Shown: in pieces, positions 27,829-37,206 of the stretch
How the letters are laid out: each line of letters starts with the position of its first letter
Position numbering within the stretch: the first letter of the stretch is position 1
DNA from: a virus
Reading direction: 5' to 3' (one strand)
Length of the DNA: 64,000 nt
IMG/VR virus record: IMGVR_UViG_3300032289_002472
Span: 49,068-113,067 of that record
Notes under the pieces: generated by a model
Told to the model about the DNA's origin: nothing
The model's database searches: none
The model's input: the letters and a program-made list of their open reading frames with translations, nothing else
Translations under genes and position numbers: made by a program

Positions 27829-30582
27829 TTAAATCAAATCATCTACATCGAAAAATTTGATCGATTCTGCGATGACAGATTTGCGATTGTTATATACATT
27901 TATAGTTCCGTTAATTAATACAGCTTTTTCTTCTTTAATTTTTCCAGAAAGCTCCGCATATAATCTAGGGAAACAAGTAATACTGACTTCATGTTCTTTA
28001 TTGGCAATGTCAATAAAGCACATTTCATCATTTTTCTTTGTTTTTATTCTTTTGATCCTGGAAATTATTCCGGCAGTGCAAACATTCATATCAGCACTTA
28101 TTAACATAAGTGATGGAATGTCTTTGCATTCTTTGTAGCCTTTCTCTTGAAAGTATTCGACAACGTTTGGGCTGCCTATACAAAGACTTTTGCTTTCTAA
28201 AATTTCAACCTTTGTTTTTGCTATCTTTTCGGGAGGTTTTTCGCCCCTCATTTTGTGATACAAAAAATTTAATTCATTTCTGATGTCGGAGATTTCGGTT
28301 AATTCACCGCTGTATAATGCATCAAAAGCCCCCGACCAAATCAGTGCAGATACAACCCTCTTGTTGACGGATTTTTTATCAACCCTCTCATAAAAGTCTT
28401 CAAAAGATTTGTATGGCTTGTTGTTAAAAACTTCCGCAGAGGCAGTCTTTACCCCCTTAATCATTGTTAGTGGATAAACAATTTTTTTGTCGTTGTCATC
28501 GATGATGTAAAAGTCAATTGCGCTAACGTTTACATCTGGCTTTTTGACAACGTGACTAAAATATTTTGCATGTGTCTCTAGGTCTTCATGACTAGAGTTT
28601 TGCAAAATAGCTGTCCACCATTCCAATGGATAATGGGACTTAAGCCACATACAAACATATGCCATATAGGAATATGCTACACTGTGGCTTAGGTTAAAGG
28701 CATAGTTACTACTGGATCTGCACAAACTTACAAATGCATTGATCTGTTGAATGTTCCAGCCATTTTTACTCAAACGATCTTTGATGTCGGGCAGGATCTT
28801 GTTCATTTGATCCATTTTCTTTTTACCAATAATCTCTCGAATTTCGTCAGCCTGTTCTGCATTATAGTTGCAGGACTTTTGGAACATGGCAGATATTTGC
28901 TCCTGAAAAAGAACGATGCCATGAGTTGACGACAAAATTTCTTTAAGGTCATCGTGTAAAAATTTGAATCCTTTATTATTTTGTCTTCTCTTAACCCACA
29001 AATTTATAAGTGTAAATTTTTCTCCTTCGTCCTCCATTTCAGCATACATAGTTCCTGGTCTACAGGCTGCTGTAATTGATGCTAAGTCTAGAATGCTTTG
29101 CGGCTTTATGCTTTTGCAAATATTCGTGGGAATAGCGCCATTGAATTGAAAGATCGTCTCAGTTTTACCCTTAGAAAATTCTTCAAAGATTTCGGGTTCT
29201 TCTTCTAGAGAATAAATATCGATATCTATGTTGTGTCTTTGTTTAATTAAATTAATGCAGTTACCAATGTCTTTGAGTGTATTGAGCCCCAGTAAGTCAA
29301 ATTTGACCAACCCCATGGCTTCAACTGCTTCCATAGTAAACTGGGTACAATCCTCTTCATTGATTCTGCAAATTGGAACAACCTCACTCAGTGGAATATC
29401 TGCCAAGCAGTATGCACTTGCATGACGTCCAAGAGACTTGGGAATACCCAATACTTGTTCAACAAGCTCTTGTATTGCAGGGTGTTCTTCAAAGAAGGTT
29501 CTCAGGGCCTGATTAGTTGTTAGCTCGCCAGGATGATTCCCTTCTTCGTCTTCCCATCCATGCAGCCATTTGACCAGGTCACTAAACCCTTGAGGAACGT
29601 TAGATATAGTTTTGCAAACATTATCTACATGTAGTTTTGCCTCTTCGTCGTTTTTGGTATCAAGCAATACCCTGCTGACATCTCTGATGGCGCTTTTGAT
29701 TTTATTTGTTCCCGTGGTACATATTCTTGCAAATTTGTCTCCATGCTTTGCTTTTAAGAACTCAGCAATCCTGTCTGGTTCACTAAAGTCTATGTCGATG
29801 TCAGGAAGTTTTCCACGATTGATACGACCAGAAGATAAAAAGCGCTCAAAAGATAATCCATATTGAATTGGATCAATGTGAGTTATCTTTAGTAAGTAAG
29901 CTAGCAAGCATCCTCCCGCACTGCCTCGACCAGCACCAATCCAAATGTTTAGCTGCCTAGCACTTTCACAGATATCGTGAAGTGCAAAAAAGTAAGGCAA
30001 TAAATTGATTTTTCCATTACTTGCTATAATAGAAATTTCTTTTTTAAGCCTTTCCACATATTGAGGATCGTCAGGCATTCTTCCGTGTTTGTTGATAAGC
30101 TCAAGTGCATAGTGCTTGCACCGTTTATCGAAGGAATCACAAACTTCTATGGTCTCACGAGGAAATGTAACTTCTGGAAGTCTGTATTCTTTTTGAAGTT
30201 CAATTCTTTCGCATAACCCAGCTAAGTTGTGATTGTTTTCAACAGCCTCGACAAACTCAGAAGAATATTCAGTTCCATGAACTTGAAGCCATTTATTCCA
30301 GGCTTCAGGAGTATTCATCTGATAATATTTGGTATAAAATTTTAATCCTTTTTCTTCTGTCCTTCCGTTTTGAAGAAGAAGGTCTTGTACAATCTTCTGA
30401 TCCTTTTCAACAAAGTGAGCGTCAAGAGTCAACAAAAGAGGAACATTTAAGTTTTTGGCAACCTTCATTATAAGCTCGTTGCCAGCTTTTTGAATATCTC
30501 CACTTTTAGCTAATGGTGTACACTCCTTTCGAACAAAAACCCCTGTGTTAACTTGTTGCCAAGTATTCTTATTAACCCTCAT
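27829..30582 (-). CDS. dnaE: DNA polymerase III alpha, C-terminal part (end of PHP + polymerase + OB)
   Basis: DAHF, GAGRGSAGG, LSFERFL, LPDIDIDF, GRHASA, KFDLLGL, FQEQ, YAFNLSHS. Confidence 0.95.
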   Translation of the reverse strand: MRVNKNTWQQVNTGVFVRKECTPLAKSGDIQKAGNELIMKVAKNLNVPLLLTLDAHFVEKDQKIVQDLLLQNGRTEEKGLKFYTKYYQMNTPEAWNKWLQVHGTEYSSEFVEAVENNHNLAGLCERIELQKEYRLPEVTFPRETIEVCDSFDKRCKHYALELINKHGRMPDDPQYVERLKKEISIIASNGKINLLPYFFALHDICESARQLNIWIGAGRGSAGGCLLAYLLKITHIDPIQYGLSFERFLSSGRINRGKLPDIDIDFSEPDRIAEFLKAKHGDKFARICTTGTNKIKSAIRDVSRVLLDTKNDEEAKLHVDNVCKTISNVPQGFSDLVKWLHGWEDEEGNHPGELTTNQALRTFFEEHPAIQELVEQVLGIPKSLGRHASAYCLADIPLSEVVPICRINEEDCTQFTMEAVEAMGLVKFDLLGLNTLKDIGNCINLIKQRHNIDIDIYSLEEEPEIFEEFSKGKTETIFQFNGAIPTNICKSIKPQSILDLASITAACRPGTMYAEMEDEGEKFTLINLWVKRRQNNKGFKFLHDDLKEILSSTHGIVLFQEQISAMFQKSCNYNAEQADEIREIIGKKKMDQMNKILPDIKDRLSKNGWNIQQINAFVSLCRSSSNYAFNLSHSVAYSYMAYVCMWLKSHYPLEWWTAILQNSSHEDLETHAKYFSHVVKKPDVNVSAIDFYIIDDNDKKIVYPLTMIKGVKTASAEVFNNKPYKSFEDFYERVDKKSVNKRVVSALIWSGAFDALYSGELTEISDIRNELNFLYHKMRGEKPPEKIAKTKVEILESKSLCIGSPNVVEYFQEKGYKECKDIPSLMLISADMNVCTAGIISRIKRIKTKKNDEMCFIDIANKEHEVSITCFPRLYAELSGKIKEEKAVLINGTINVYNNRKSVIAESIKFFDVDDLI

Positions 30583-31429
30583 GAATTATACTTCTTTTAA
30601 TTGTTGTTGTGTGAACCTCAGATTCTTCTTCAGAAAGCTCGACTGGAGCATCTATATTACGGCTTGATATTGGGAAATCTTGAGGCCGATTAGTGATCGA
30701 CAAATATATTTCCTCAACCTTCAACTCACAAGCTTCTTTTGCTGTCATCGGGCCTTCTTCGGTTTCTATTAAATCTTTTTCCTTAAAGGTGTATTTGACG
30801 CCATTCTCTCCCTCAACCTGGATTATACCTTTGGTCTCCCAGTCTCTGTCGACTGAGTGCGGCATCACTTCCATGAAGAGTCTATCCCTTTTGCCGAAAA
30901 GATCCATAAGCAACTCTAAGTTGTAGGTTGCCATATCTTTTTCGTTTCTCAGGTAGGGTTTTACTATAGGACCCTCAATGCAGCCGCTTCCACAAATTAT
31001 GCCTTCATTGTATAGGTCTAAGTCTTCCCAAAATACTCTGGGCTTTGGTTGACCAAATTTTTTAACTACTCTTCCAGGACCCCAAGAGGCACTAGAAATT
31101 GCTAAAAGGTTTTTATAGCCAACCTGATTCTGAGCCCAAAGAGTTATGTGAAAATAGTCAAATTTCCTCAGATCATCATTAAATGTGTATTTATCGTGTG
31201 GAGCCAAATAAGCCTCAAGGCCAGGAATGCCTTTGACGCTGGTATCTTTGGTTTTTGTTATTAGGTCATATAGACCCAAAATATATCCGTGGTCTGTACA
31301 GCTACATGCCTCCATGTCGTTTTCTACGCAATATTTAACATACTGCTGAACGTCAGATACTCCATCCATTAAGCTATATGCCGTATGGGTATGAAGAGGC
31401 AAAATTGTTTTTGTTGTTGGAACTTTCAT
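30572..31429 (-). CDS. dnaE: DNA polymerase III alpha, N-terminal PHP part
   Basis: LHTHTAYSLMDG, CTDHG, GLEAY, HITLWAQNQVGYKNL, SGCIEG; ATG at 31429. Confidence 0.9.
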   Translation of the reverse strand: MKVPTTKTILPLHTHTAYSLMDGVSDVQQYVKYCVENDMEACSCTDHGYILGLYDLITKTKDTSVKGIPGLEAYLAPHDKYTFNDDLRKFDYFHITLWAQNQVGYKNLLAISSASWGPGRVVKKFGQPKPRVFWEDLDLYNEGIICGSGCIEGPIVKPYLRNEKDMATYNLELLMDLFGKRDRLFMEVMPHSVDRDWETKGIIQVEGENGVKYTFKEKDLIETEEGPMTAKEACELKVEEIYLSITNRPQDFPISSRNIDAPVELSEEESEVHTTTIKRSIIHEG

Positions 31430-31437
31430 AAGTGTGT

Positions 31438-31723
31438 GATTTCTGCGAACGAATCCTGAATGAAGCCCGCGAGCAGCCGGAGTCTGCTCCGGCAAGCGCG
31501 GGATACATTCAGGAAGAGTGAAGGCCTTTGAATTCTGAATCTCGAGGATGCCCACGGCAGCCTCGAGAGGAAGAAAGGCGCTCGGGATTAGATCTTTCCC
31601 GAAGACATTACGGCGCGTAATGTCTTTGGAAGGACGATCTCCCGAAGCCGGTTCAAAGGACCCCTTTCTCAGTGTTGTTGCATTGAGATAAGCTACCCAT
31701 CGGGTAGCGAAAAGCCAGAAATC
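31438..31723 (-). ncRNA. retron msr/msd-like unit B
   Basis: Closing inverted repeat GATTTCTG/CAGAAATC, then G-CTTT, 7-bp GAT-loop hairpin, branched long stems. Confidence 0.6.
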
Positions 31724-31729
31724 TTTTCA

Positions 31730-32022
31730 AATGTCTTGCGGAAGATAGAGGGAGGGAGCACGTCGTCACAAGAGAATACTTGTGACGACGCTGCGACTGA
31801 GCGATATCGCACCAGCCCCGCCCCTTGAGTTCGGAAGTCTTCTCCCTGGAGGCCCAGAGCTGCTGGGGCCAGCTGAGGGAGTGCGTAGCCGACTGAAGAT
31901 GGACCCAGCAGCTCTGGGCCTCCAGGGAGAAGCCTGAAGAACTCAAAAGAGCAGCGGGGTTCCATTCTCCATGACGTAGCATCCGAAAATGAGCAACATC
32001 GTTGCTCTAAAGCCAAGACATT
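31730..32022 (-). ncRNA. retron msr/msd-like unit A
   Basis: Closing inverted repeat AATGTCTTG/CAAGACATT, then G-CTTT, 7-bp GAT-loop hairpin, 29-bp perfect stem 31839-31867/31904-31932. Confidence 0.6.
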
Positions 32023-32024
32023 AT

Positions 32025-32282
32025 CTAAAACACAGGAAGATCTGTTGGATCAAATTTAATACCTTTGTATAAATTGTTTCCAATCTTCTCTGCCATTCCT
32101 TCGTTACATAAGCGCTGTATAAATCCAAACAGCACTTCGCTATCAATTTCTGTATCAAGCTTTTTCTTTAGCATCCCCGACAGGTCGGCGATGCTAATTC
32201 CATTGCTTGGGTTTGGGATTGAGAGTAGTGATTGATAAATCACATCCTCAAAATCATCGGGATATTTATGGGTGATAGTCAT
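32025..32282 (-). CDS. small winged-helix-like protein
   Basis: ISIADLSG..KKL...IQRLCNEGMAEKIGNNLY pattern. Confidence 0.5.
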   Translation of the reverse strand: MTITHKYPDDFEDVIYQSLLSIPNPSNGISIADLSGMLKKKLDTEIDSEVLFGFIQRLCNEGMAEKIGNNLYKGIKFDPTDLPVF

Positions 32283-33315
32283 TTAGATCTCCAAATTTTT
32301 CTGTTATTTGTTTCCATATTTCTCCTGAAGATGCTTCTCCTGGATCGTCAAATCCATGAAGTTTCATATAATTAAAGTAAACCCCATCGAAAGATTTTTC
32401 AAGCATCTTGAACCAATCTTCTTTTTCGTCAACTTCTCCATCAAGAAGCATCAACACATGCGACCAATTTGAACATAAAATTCTTATTTGGTCTTTCGTT
32501 AATCTCTTTCCGAAGGTTGCAACTGAGTTTTTACCTACCTTTATGCAATCAATTGGTCCTTCAACGACTACAACAAATTTTTTGTTTTTAATTGCTGAAT
32601 CGAAGTTTAATAGAGACCGCGAGCGTTGCATTCCTGGACATGTATAATACTTAGGGACTTCATAGTCTTGATATTTTATATCATTAGTGGAGGTTGTAAT
32701 TTTGGGTACATTCCACCAACCAAAGTCATCCCCTTTCCATACATATCTATTTTTTTTAGTATTCAGCTCAATTTGACGAGCTTGCCATCCAGTCAATTTA
32801 TTGCTCATAAAGACTGGAAAAATTAATCTCCCAGAGGTTGTTCCCATTTTTGATGAAAAATGAAAATAACCATTATGGCAGTATTTTATTCCAAAGTTAT
32901 CTGCTTGATCTGGAGATATGTCTCTTAGCTCTAAGTATTCAACAGCGGGATGATCTAAGGCCAAAGAAGATATTTTTTTAAGTATCCCAGGGCTTGGTAC
33001 TCCATCCTTCCACTCTTTTCGGTGCCTTATAAAGGGCAACCTGCCATTCTGTAAGCTTTGTGTAGTGTCAGATCTGTTAATCTTGAATCCACGAAAAAAT
33101 TGTGCACCAAGATCAAAAAACTCTACAAATGCGTTACCAGTATAGCCACAGTCGTGACAAATAAAAGCTCCCGTATCTCCATTGATAGAAAGCTTATATT
33201 TTCCACCTTTTCTGTGGAATTTGGGACAATTAACAATATATTCTAAATGTCCACTTGATGTTGAAGTTCGAACCTCGGGAAATATCTCAGAAACAGTTTC
33301 TATTTCTAAAGACAT
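32266..33315 (-). CDS. DNA primase (DnaG-like)
   Basis: Zn-binding CP..H / CHDC, GRLIFP, GWQAR, PKY, TOPRIM VEGPID and LLDG. Confidence 0.9.
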   Translation of the reverse strand: MSLEIETVSEIFPEVRTSTSSGHLEYIVNCPKFHRKGGKYKLSINGDTGAFICHDCGYTGNAFVEFFDLGAQFFRGFKINRSDTTQSLQNGRLPFIRHRKEWKDGVPSPGILKKISSLALDHPAVEYLELRDISPDQADNFGIKYCHNGYFHFSSKMGTTSGRLIFPVFMSNKLTGWQARQIELNTKKNRYVWKGDDFGWWNVPKITTSTNDIKYQDYEVPKYYTCPGMQRSRSLLNFDSAIKNKKFVVVVEGPIDCIKVGKNSVATFGKRLTKDQIRILCSNWSHVLMLLDGEVDEKEDWFKMLEKSFDGVYFNYMKLHGFDDPGEASSGEIWKQITEKFGDLNDYHP

Positions 33316-33316
33316 T

Positions 33317-34705
33317 TTAATTTTCAGTATTTCTTTGATTTATTGGTGTGAAGTTAGCTAGCTCGGGAGTTGCATGATCTAGGTCTGGAGGTACGTCCTC
33401 AAAGGTTTGTTTATCAAGCCTAGCTTGAATCTGAGTTTCAAAAACAGCTCCATCTCTCATCTTTGTGGCCTTTACAGTCAGCCTACCGTTTTCACGGTCC
33501 TGGTCTGTTGCGCCTATCCCTAAGAATGCAGAACATCTCCAAGCCTTGCTAAAACCTTCTGCAGCGTTCGACATTCTGATCTGTCTTTTGTTGTCGCCGC
33601 TAGAGTTAGCCTGAGTTGTAGCCCAGAGAGCAATATTGTATTTTTTTGCCAAGTCAGAGCATCCACGAGAATAATTTTGTAGTTGATGCCTTAACTCTCT
33701 AGCAACAAATCCATTATTTCTATCACTAGGATCTGTTTCAAGTGCATCTAGCCAGTCCAAGAATAACATGTCTGGTAATACGCCATTTTTCTGTGCTTCT
33801 GCTAATCTCCTGTCTATATTTTTAAGGGAACAGGGACGATCAGCAAAATCCCAAACGTCAAAGTTAGATTTTGTTTGATATGGAATCTTGGCAAGTGCTT
33901 CTTCAATTTCTCGATTAACTGCTGTCATGTCCCCATTGTCCCCAAACCGCACCCTATTATAATCTATCTGTGCTACCTTTGAATAAACCCTTTCAGATAT
34001 TTTCTTTCCAGGAATTTCCAATGTCACAAGCACCGCCCTATTGTAAGTGGCTGCACCCCAGCAAAAATTAGTAGCTAGAGTAGTTTTTCCAAGCCCAGAT
34101 ATTCCGCAAATTACACCAAACTCTCCCTTACCCAATCCACCATTCATTCTAGAATCAATTGCACTAATACCGCATGGAACAACCTGTACAGGTTTGCTGG
34201 TCAACTGTAAATCGATCAGAGGTTTAAATATAATGGGGCCATCATCTTCTGGTCGGGTAGTTTCAATTACTTGACTAACTTTGCTGGCAAATTCTTGAAC
34301 ATTTCCACCACGATAATTTTTAATTAATTTTTTTATTTTTATTTCAGAAAGATATATGGGCAATATATTTTCGAAGTATGATGGATTTAGATCTATTCCA
34401 TACATCTGATCTACTTCAATGCACAATGCCTGTTTTTCTTCTTGGTAGATCGCTCCAGCATTTAACATGGATTTCAGCTGTAAGGCCAAGATACTCATAG
34501 GTACCCCATGGTCTTCCCCAAAGTCGTGAACCTTGAGAACCTCAAACCCAGCCTGTAAAACCGCCTTATGAATTGGCGAGTCTACGTCGCTTTGGGACAC
34601 CTTCCCTGATCGAAGATGTTGAAGTAGGCTCGGGCAGCGAATCGTGTGAGCCACTATCGATCTTTGAAAGTCTTTGTGGAAATAATCTTTGGTATCTTGA
34701 GACAT
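33317..34705 (-). CDS. replicative DnaB-like helicase
   Basis: GISGLGKT Walker A, TLE, LDWLD Walker B, ATTQAN, KMRDG. Confidence 0.9.
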   Translation of the reverse strand: MSQDTKDYFHKDFQRSIVAHTIRCPSLLQHLRSGKVSQSDVDSPIHKAVLQAGFEVLKVHDFGEDHGVPMSILALQLKSMLNAGAIYQEEKQALCIEVDQMYGIDLNPSYFENILPIYLSEIKIKKLIKNYRGGNVQEFASKVSQVIETTRPEDDGPIIFKPLIDLQLTSKPVQVVPCGISAIDSRMNGGLGKGEFGVICGISGLGKTTLATNFCWGAATYNRAVLVTLEIPGKKISERVYSKVAQIDYNRVRFGDNGDMTAVNREIEEALAKIPYQTKSNFDVWDFADRPCSLKNIDRRLAEAQKNGVLPDMLFLDWLDALETDPSDRNNGFVARELRHQLQNYSRGCSDLAKKYNIALWATTQANSSGDNKRQIRMSNAAEGFSKAWRCSAFLGIGATDQDRENGRLTVKATKMRDGAVFETQIQARLDKQTFEDVPPDLDHATPELANFTPINQRNTEN

Positions 34706-35213
34706 AATTTTCTTTTATATATTTTTCAATAGATGGATTACTTTTTATCTCTGCATACGCCAACTTGCCGTATTTTTGATAAATTTCTGATAACACTTTC
34801 TCTTCACAAAGCAGAACTCTAATATATGCTTTGATCGGTAAAAAATCTAACAGCAAAACTTCATCCAATGAGTTTTCTTTATTTTTTGCGTATATCCTTA
34901 AACTTTCGTGCACAAGCCTAACTTGATGCATAAATTCTTTTTCGCCAACAGTTTGTCCACTATACAAATATTTTTCATATATTTGTCTAGCTCGCGCCGA
35001 ACAGAGTTGATGAGGAAATGGGGTATTACCCCAACCCTCAAATAAAGACTCTAAATAAATAATTGGGCAAGCCTTAGTTGACTCTAAAAGTTTAGATAAT
35101 TTATACCATTCTTCGTCAAACTTGGGCCCACAATAATAACCTGGAGTGCTTTTTTTTCTAAATTTTTCGTAAATCTTTTGAATGTTTCTTGGAGCGTATT
35201 CTGTTGAATTCAC
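34566..35213 (-). CDS. hypothetical protein
   Basis: 215 aa ORF between the two helicases. Confidence 0.65.
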   Translation of the reverse strand: MNSTEYAPRNIQKIYEKFRKKSTPGYYCGPKFDEEWYKLSKLLESTKACPIIYLESLFEGWGNTPFPHQLCSARARQIYEKYLYSGQTVGEKEFMHQVRLVHESLRIYAKNKENSLDEVLLLDFLPIKAYIRVLLCEEKVLSEIYQKYGKLAYAEIKSNPSIEKYIKENYVSRYQRLFPQRLSKIDSGSHDSLPEPTSTSSIREGVPKRRRLANS

Positions 35214-35217
35214 TTTA

Positions 35218-36657
35218 TTATTTTTCTACGAACTTAATGTTGGATGGCGCACAATCTTTAACAACGGTATAACCTTTATTTTTGTAATGTTTAATTCTGT
35301 TATTTGCTTTTCTGGACATTTTTTCATTCCAGCCATCGTTGAAGTCAATTACCACGCCAAAATTTTTACCCTCAGATAATCGTCTATTTCTGCCAGCTTT
35401 CTGAAGGACAGATACATCTGACTGCATCCAGTTGGCATTGATCATAATAAACAGATTGCTAGGGTCCACCCCTTCAGCAAGACAGTCGGTAGAAATAATT
35501 CTTTTAATCGATCCGTCGTTGAAGCCCTTTAAGATTCTATCTTTTTCAGACTTAGTTAACTTACCGTGAAATATCTCAAAGCCTTCTGGCAAGAAGTTTG
35601 ATATCAACTCTTCTAAGTGTGCAAGCGTTCTAACATAAATTATAAGTTGTTGATCGGCTGGGGACATTTCAACGCACTCACGAATTAGCTTGTTCCTGTG
35701 ACGATTGTACCAAACGCCATTTTTTTCCATTGTCAAATCTTGACTTTTTTCTGTGAAGTTTGGTCCGTTTGGAACATCTAACGCATAAACATTTAAAGGG
35801 GTTGCTCGATTCATGGCTTCAAGCTGTTGATCTGTAAGCTCAAAAACAATTGGCCCAAAAATAGCTTCAAGATAATTTTCTATTCCCTTGAAGCCTGTTC
35901 TTATTGTTGCTGACAAACCATATCGCACGGCTTTCTTGAATCTTAAAAGATCCTGAGACCGTACATTGCTTCCAGCCCCGTGTGCTTCATCATAGATGAT
36001 AAAATCAACTTCACTGGCGTTGAATTTCTTAAGTGATGCCGAAGTGATCACCAGTGTCCTTCCTTTCTTTTTGTTGTTAGAAAGATAGACCCCAGGATCA
36101 CATTCCGGTGCAAGCTCTAACAAATCTTTATACAGTTTGTTGGCCACAGATTGTCGGTTAGTGACCACCAAACCCTTGCCTTTGTGATATGCTCTGCATA
36201 GGGCGGCAATAATTCTAGTCTTTCCAGTATTTGTTGCCGCCTCAACCATACATCCCCCATCGTGGGAGATCATTAGCTCTACGGCACAGCGTTGGTCTGG
36301 ATATAGCCCTTCAAAAATACGTTCACTGATTTCTGGAACGGCATAAAAGTCTTCGGGCTCTACAATTTCAAAGTCTATTGAGTTTAGAGACAGGTAATTC
36401 TTAACACGATGAAGCAAGCCATCGTATGTGATAATGGCAGAGTCATCTGCATTGAAGGAGTATAGATTTTTTTTGATGACCCTAAGTGGACCATCCATGA
36501 CTATGTCACGCATCAAACCCGTTCTTCGGTCAAAGATTCTCTTCTTAATCTTGTCTTTAAACCTATAAAAAAATGACAGTTGTTCTAGCAAGTCAGGATA
36601 AATAGGTTCAATTTTTAGCAAACCCGAAGAACGGGTGATGGTGATTTTATGACTCAT
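35218..36657 (-). CDS. superfamily 2 helicase (UvsW-like)
   Basis: ATNTGKT, DEAH, SAT, EGVD, QKAGRNRR. Confidence 0.92.
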   Translation of the reverse strand: MSHKITITRSSGLLKIEPIYPDLLEQLSFFYRFKDKIKKRIFDRRTGLMRDIVMDGPLRVIKKNLYSFNADDSAIITYDGLLHRVKNYLSLNSIDFEIVEPEDFYAVPEISERIFEGLYPDQRCAVELMISHDGGCMVEAATNTGKTRIIAALCRAYHKGKGLVVTNRQSVANKLYKDLLELAPECDPGVYLSNNKKKGRTLVITSASLKKFNASEVDFIIYDEAHGAGSNVRSQDLLRFKKAVRYGLSATIRTGFKGIENYLEAIFGPIVFELTDQQLEAMNRATPLNVYALDVPNGPNFTEKSQDLTMEKNGVWYNRHRNKLIRECVEMSPADQQLIIYVRTLAHLEELISNFLPEGFEIFHGKLTKSEKDRILKGFNDGSIKRIISTDCLAEGVDPSNLFIMINANWMQSDVSVLQKAGRNRRLSEGKNFGVVIDFNDGWNEKMSRKANNRIKHYKNKGYTVVKDCAPSNIKFVEK

Positions 36658-36887
36658 TGAATATCTTCTTCTAGCAAAAATTGAGGTATATCTTTTTGTG
36701 TGGAGCCTGGACTGTCAATTGTTTTTATGCAGTCGTATAGATCGCCATATTTGTAGGCGCTCATTATATCTTCGTAAAAGCACTGCTGTGCTTCTTGTAT
36801 CATCTCGTGATTTTCAGGGTCAACAACATACCCTAGATCTATAACAAGCCTAGCGTATTTTTTTCTTTTTTTTCTTTGTGACTTCAT
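36654..36887 (-). CDS. hypothetical protein
   Basis: 77 aa ORF. Confidence 0.6.
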   Translation of the reverse strand: MKSQRKKRKKYARLVIDLGYVVDPENHEMIQEAQQCFYEDIMSAYKYGDLYDCIKTIDSPGSTQKDIPQFLLEEDIQ

Positions 36888-37206
36888 ATGGCTTTACTAG
36901 TCGAATCCATTCGGACAAGAACCATATTCCCCCCTGAGAGGCTGGGCGGTTGAATGTCTTTTTATTGCATATTTCAACCTCCCACCATTGTCTTCCATTA
37001 TTCGTCAGGTGTGGTGCCAAGGGTGTTTTCATAGTGTGCCAGCCAGGTCTATGCTTAAAACCTTTGGTCTTGTGGTCCTCAGCTTTAAGCCATACGTTAA
37101 CTGGTAACACTTTTTTGTTGTCAATAAAAAGAGAGCTTATTCCCTTTTGTTTTTTTCTAACCTTAAATAATTTATATGCTTTTTTGGGTGGTTCTATTTT
37201 AATCAT
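36850..37206 (-). CDS. hypothetical phage protein
   Basis: 118 aa ORF (RPGWH...P.APHL...SQGG.W). Confidence 0.65.
   Translation of the reverse strand: MIKIEPPKKAYKLFKVRKKQKGISSLFIDNKKVLPVNVWLKAEDHKTKGFKHRPGWHTMKTPLAPHLTNNGRQWWEVEICNKKTFNRPASQGGIWFLSEWIRLVKPYEVTKKKKKKIR

Noticed and set aside
30572-30860. Split intein at the DnaE break
   Set aside because: No N-terminal Cys/Ser block A and no His-Asn C-terminal motif.
31653-32016. ORFs of 107-109 aa and the N-terminal extension of dnaE to 31555
   Set aside because: They arise from GC-rich inverted repeats, have atypical composition, and the DnaE motifs begin after ATG 31429.
31438-32022. Apparent richness in restriction sites (XhoI, EcoRI, BglII, EcoRV, PvuII, StuI), suggesting a restriction decoy
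   Set aside because: About 9 palindromic 6-mers are expected by chance in 580 nt and I counted a similar number.
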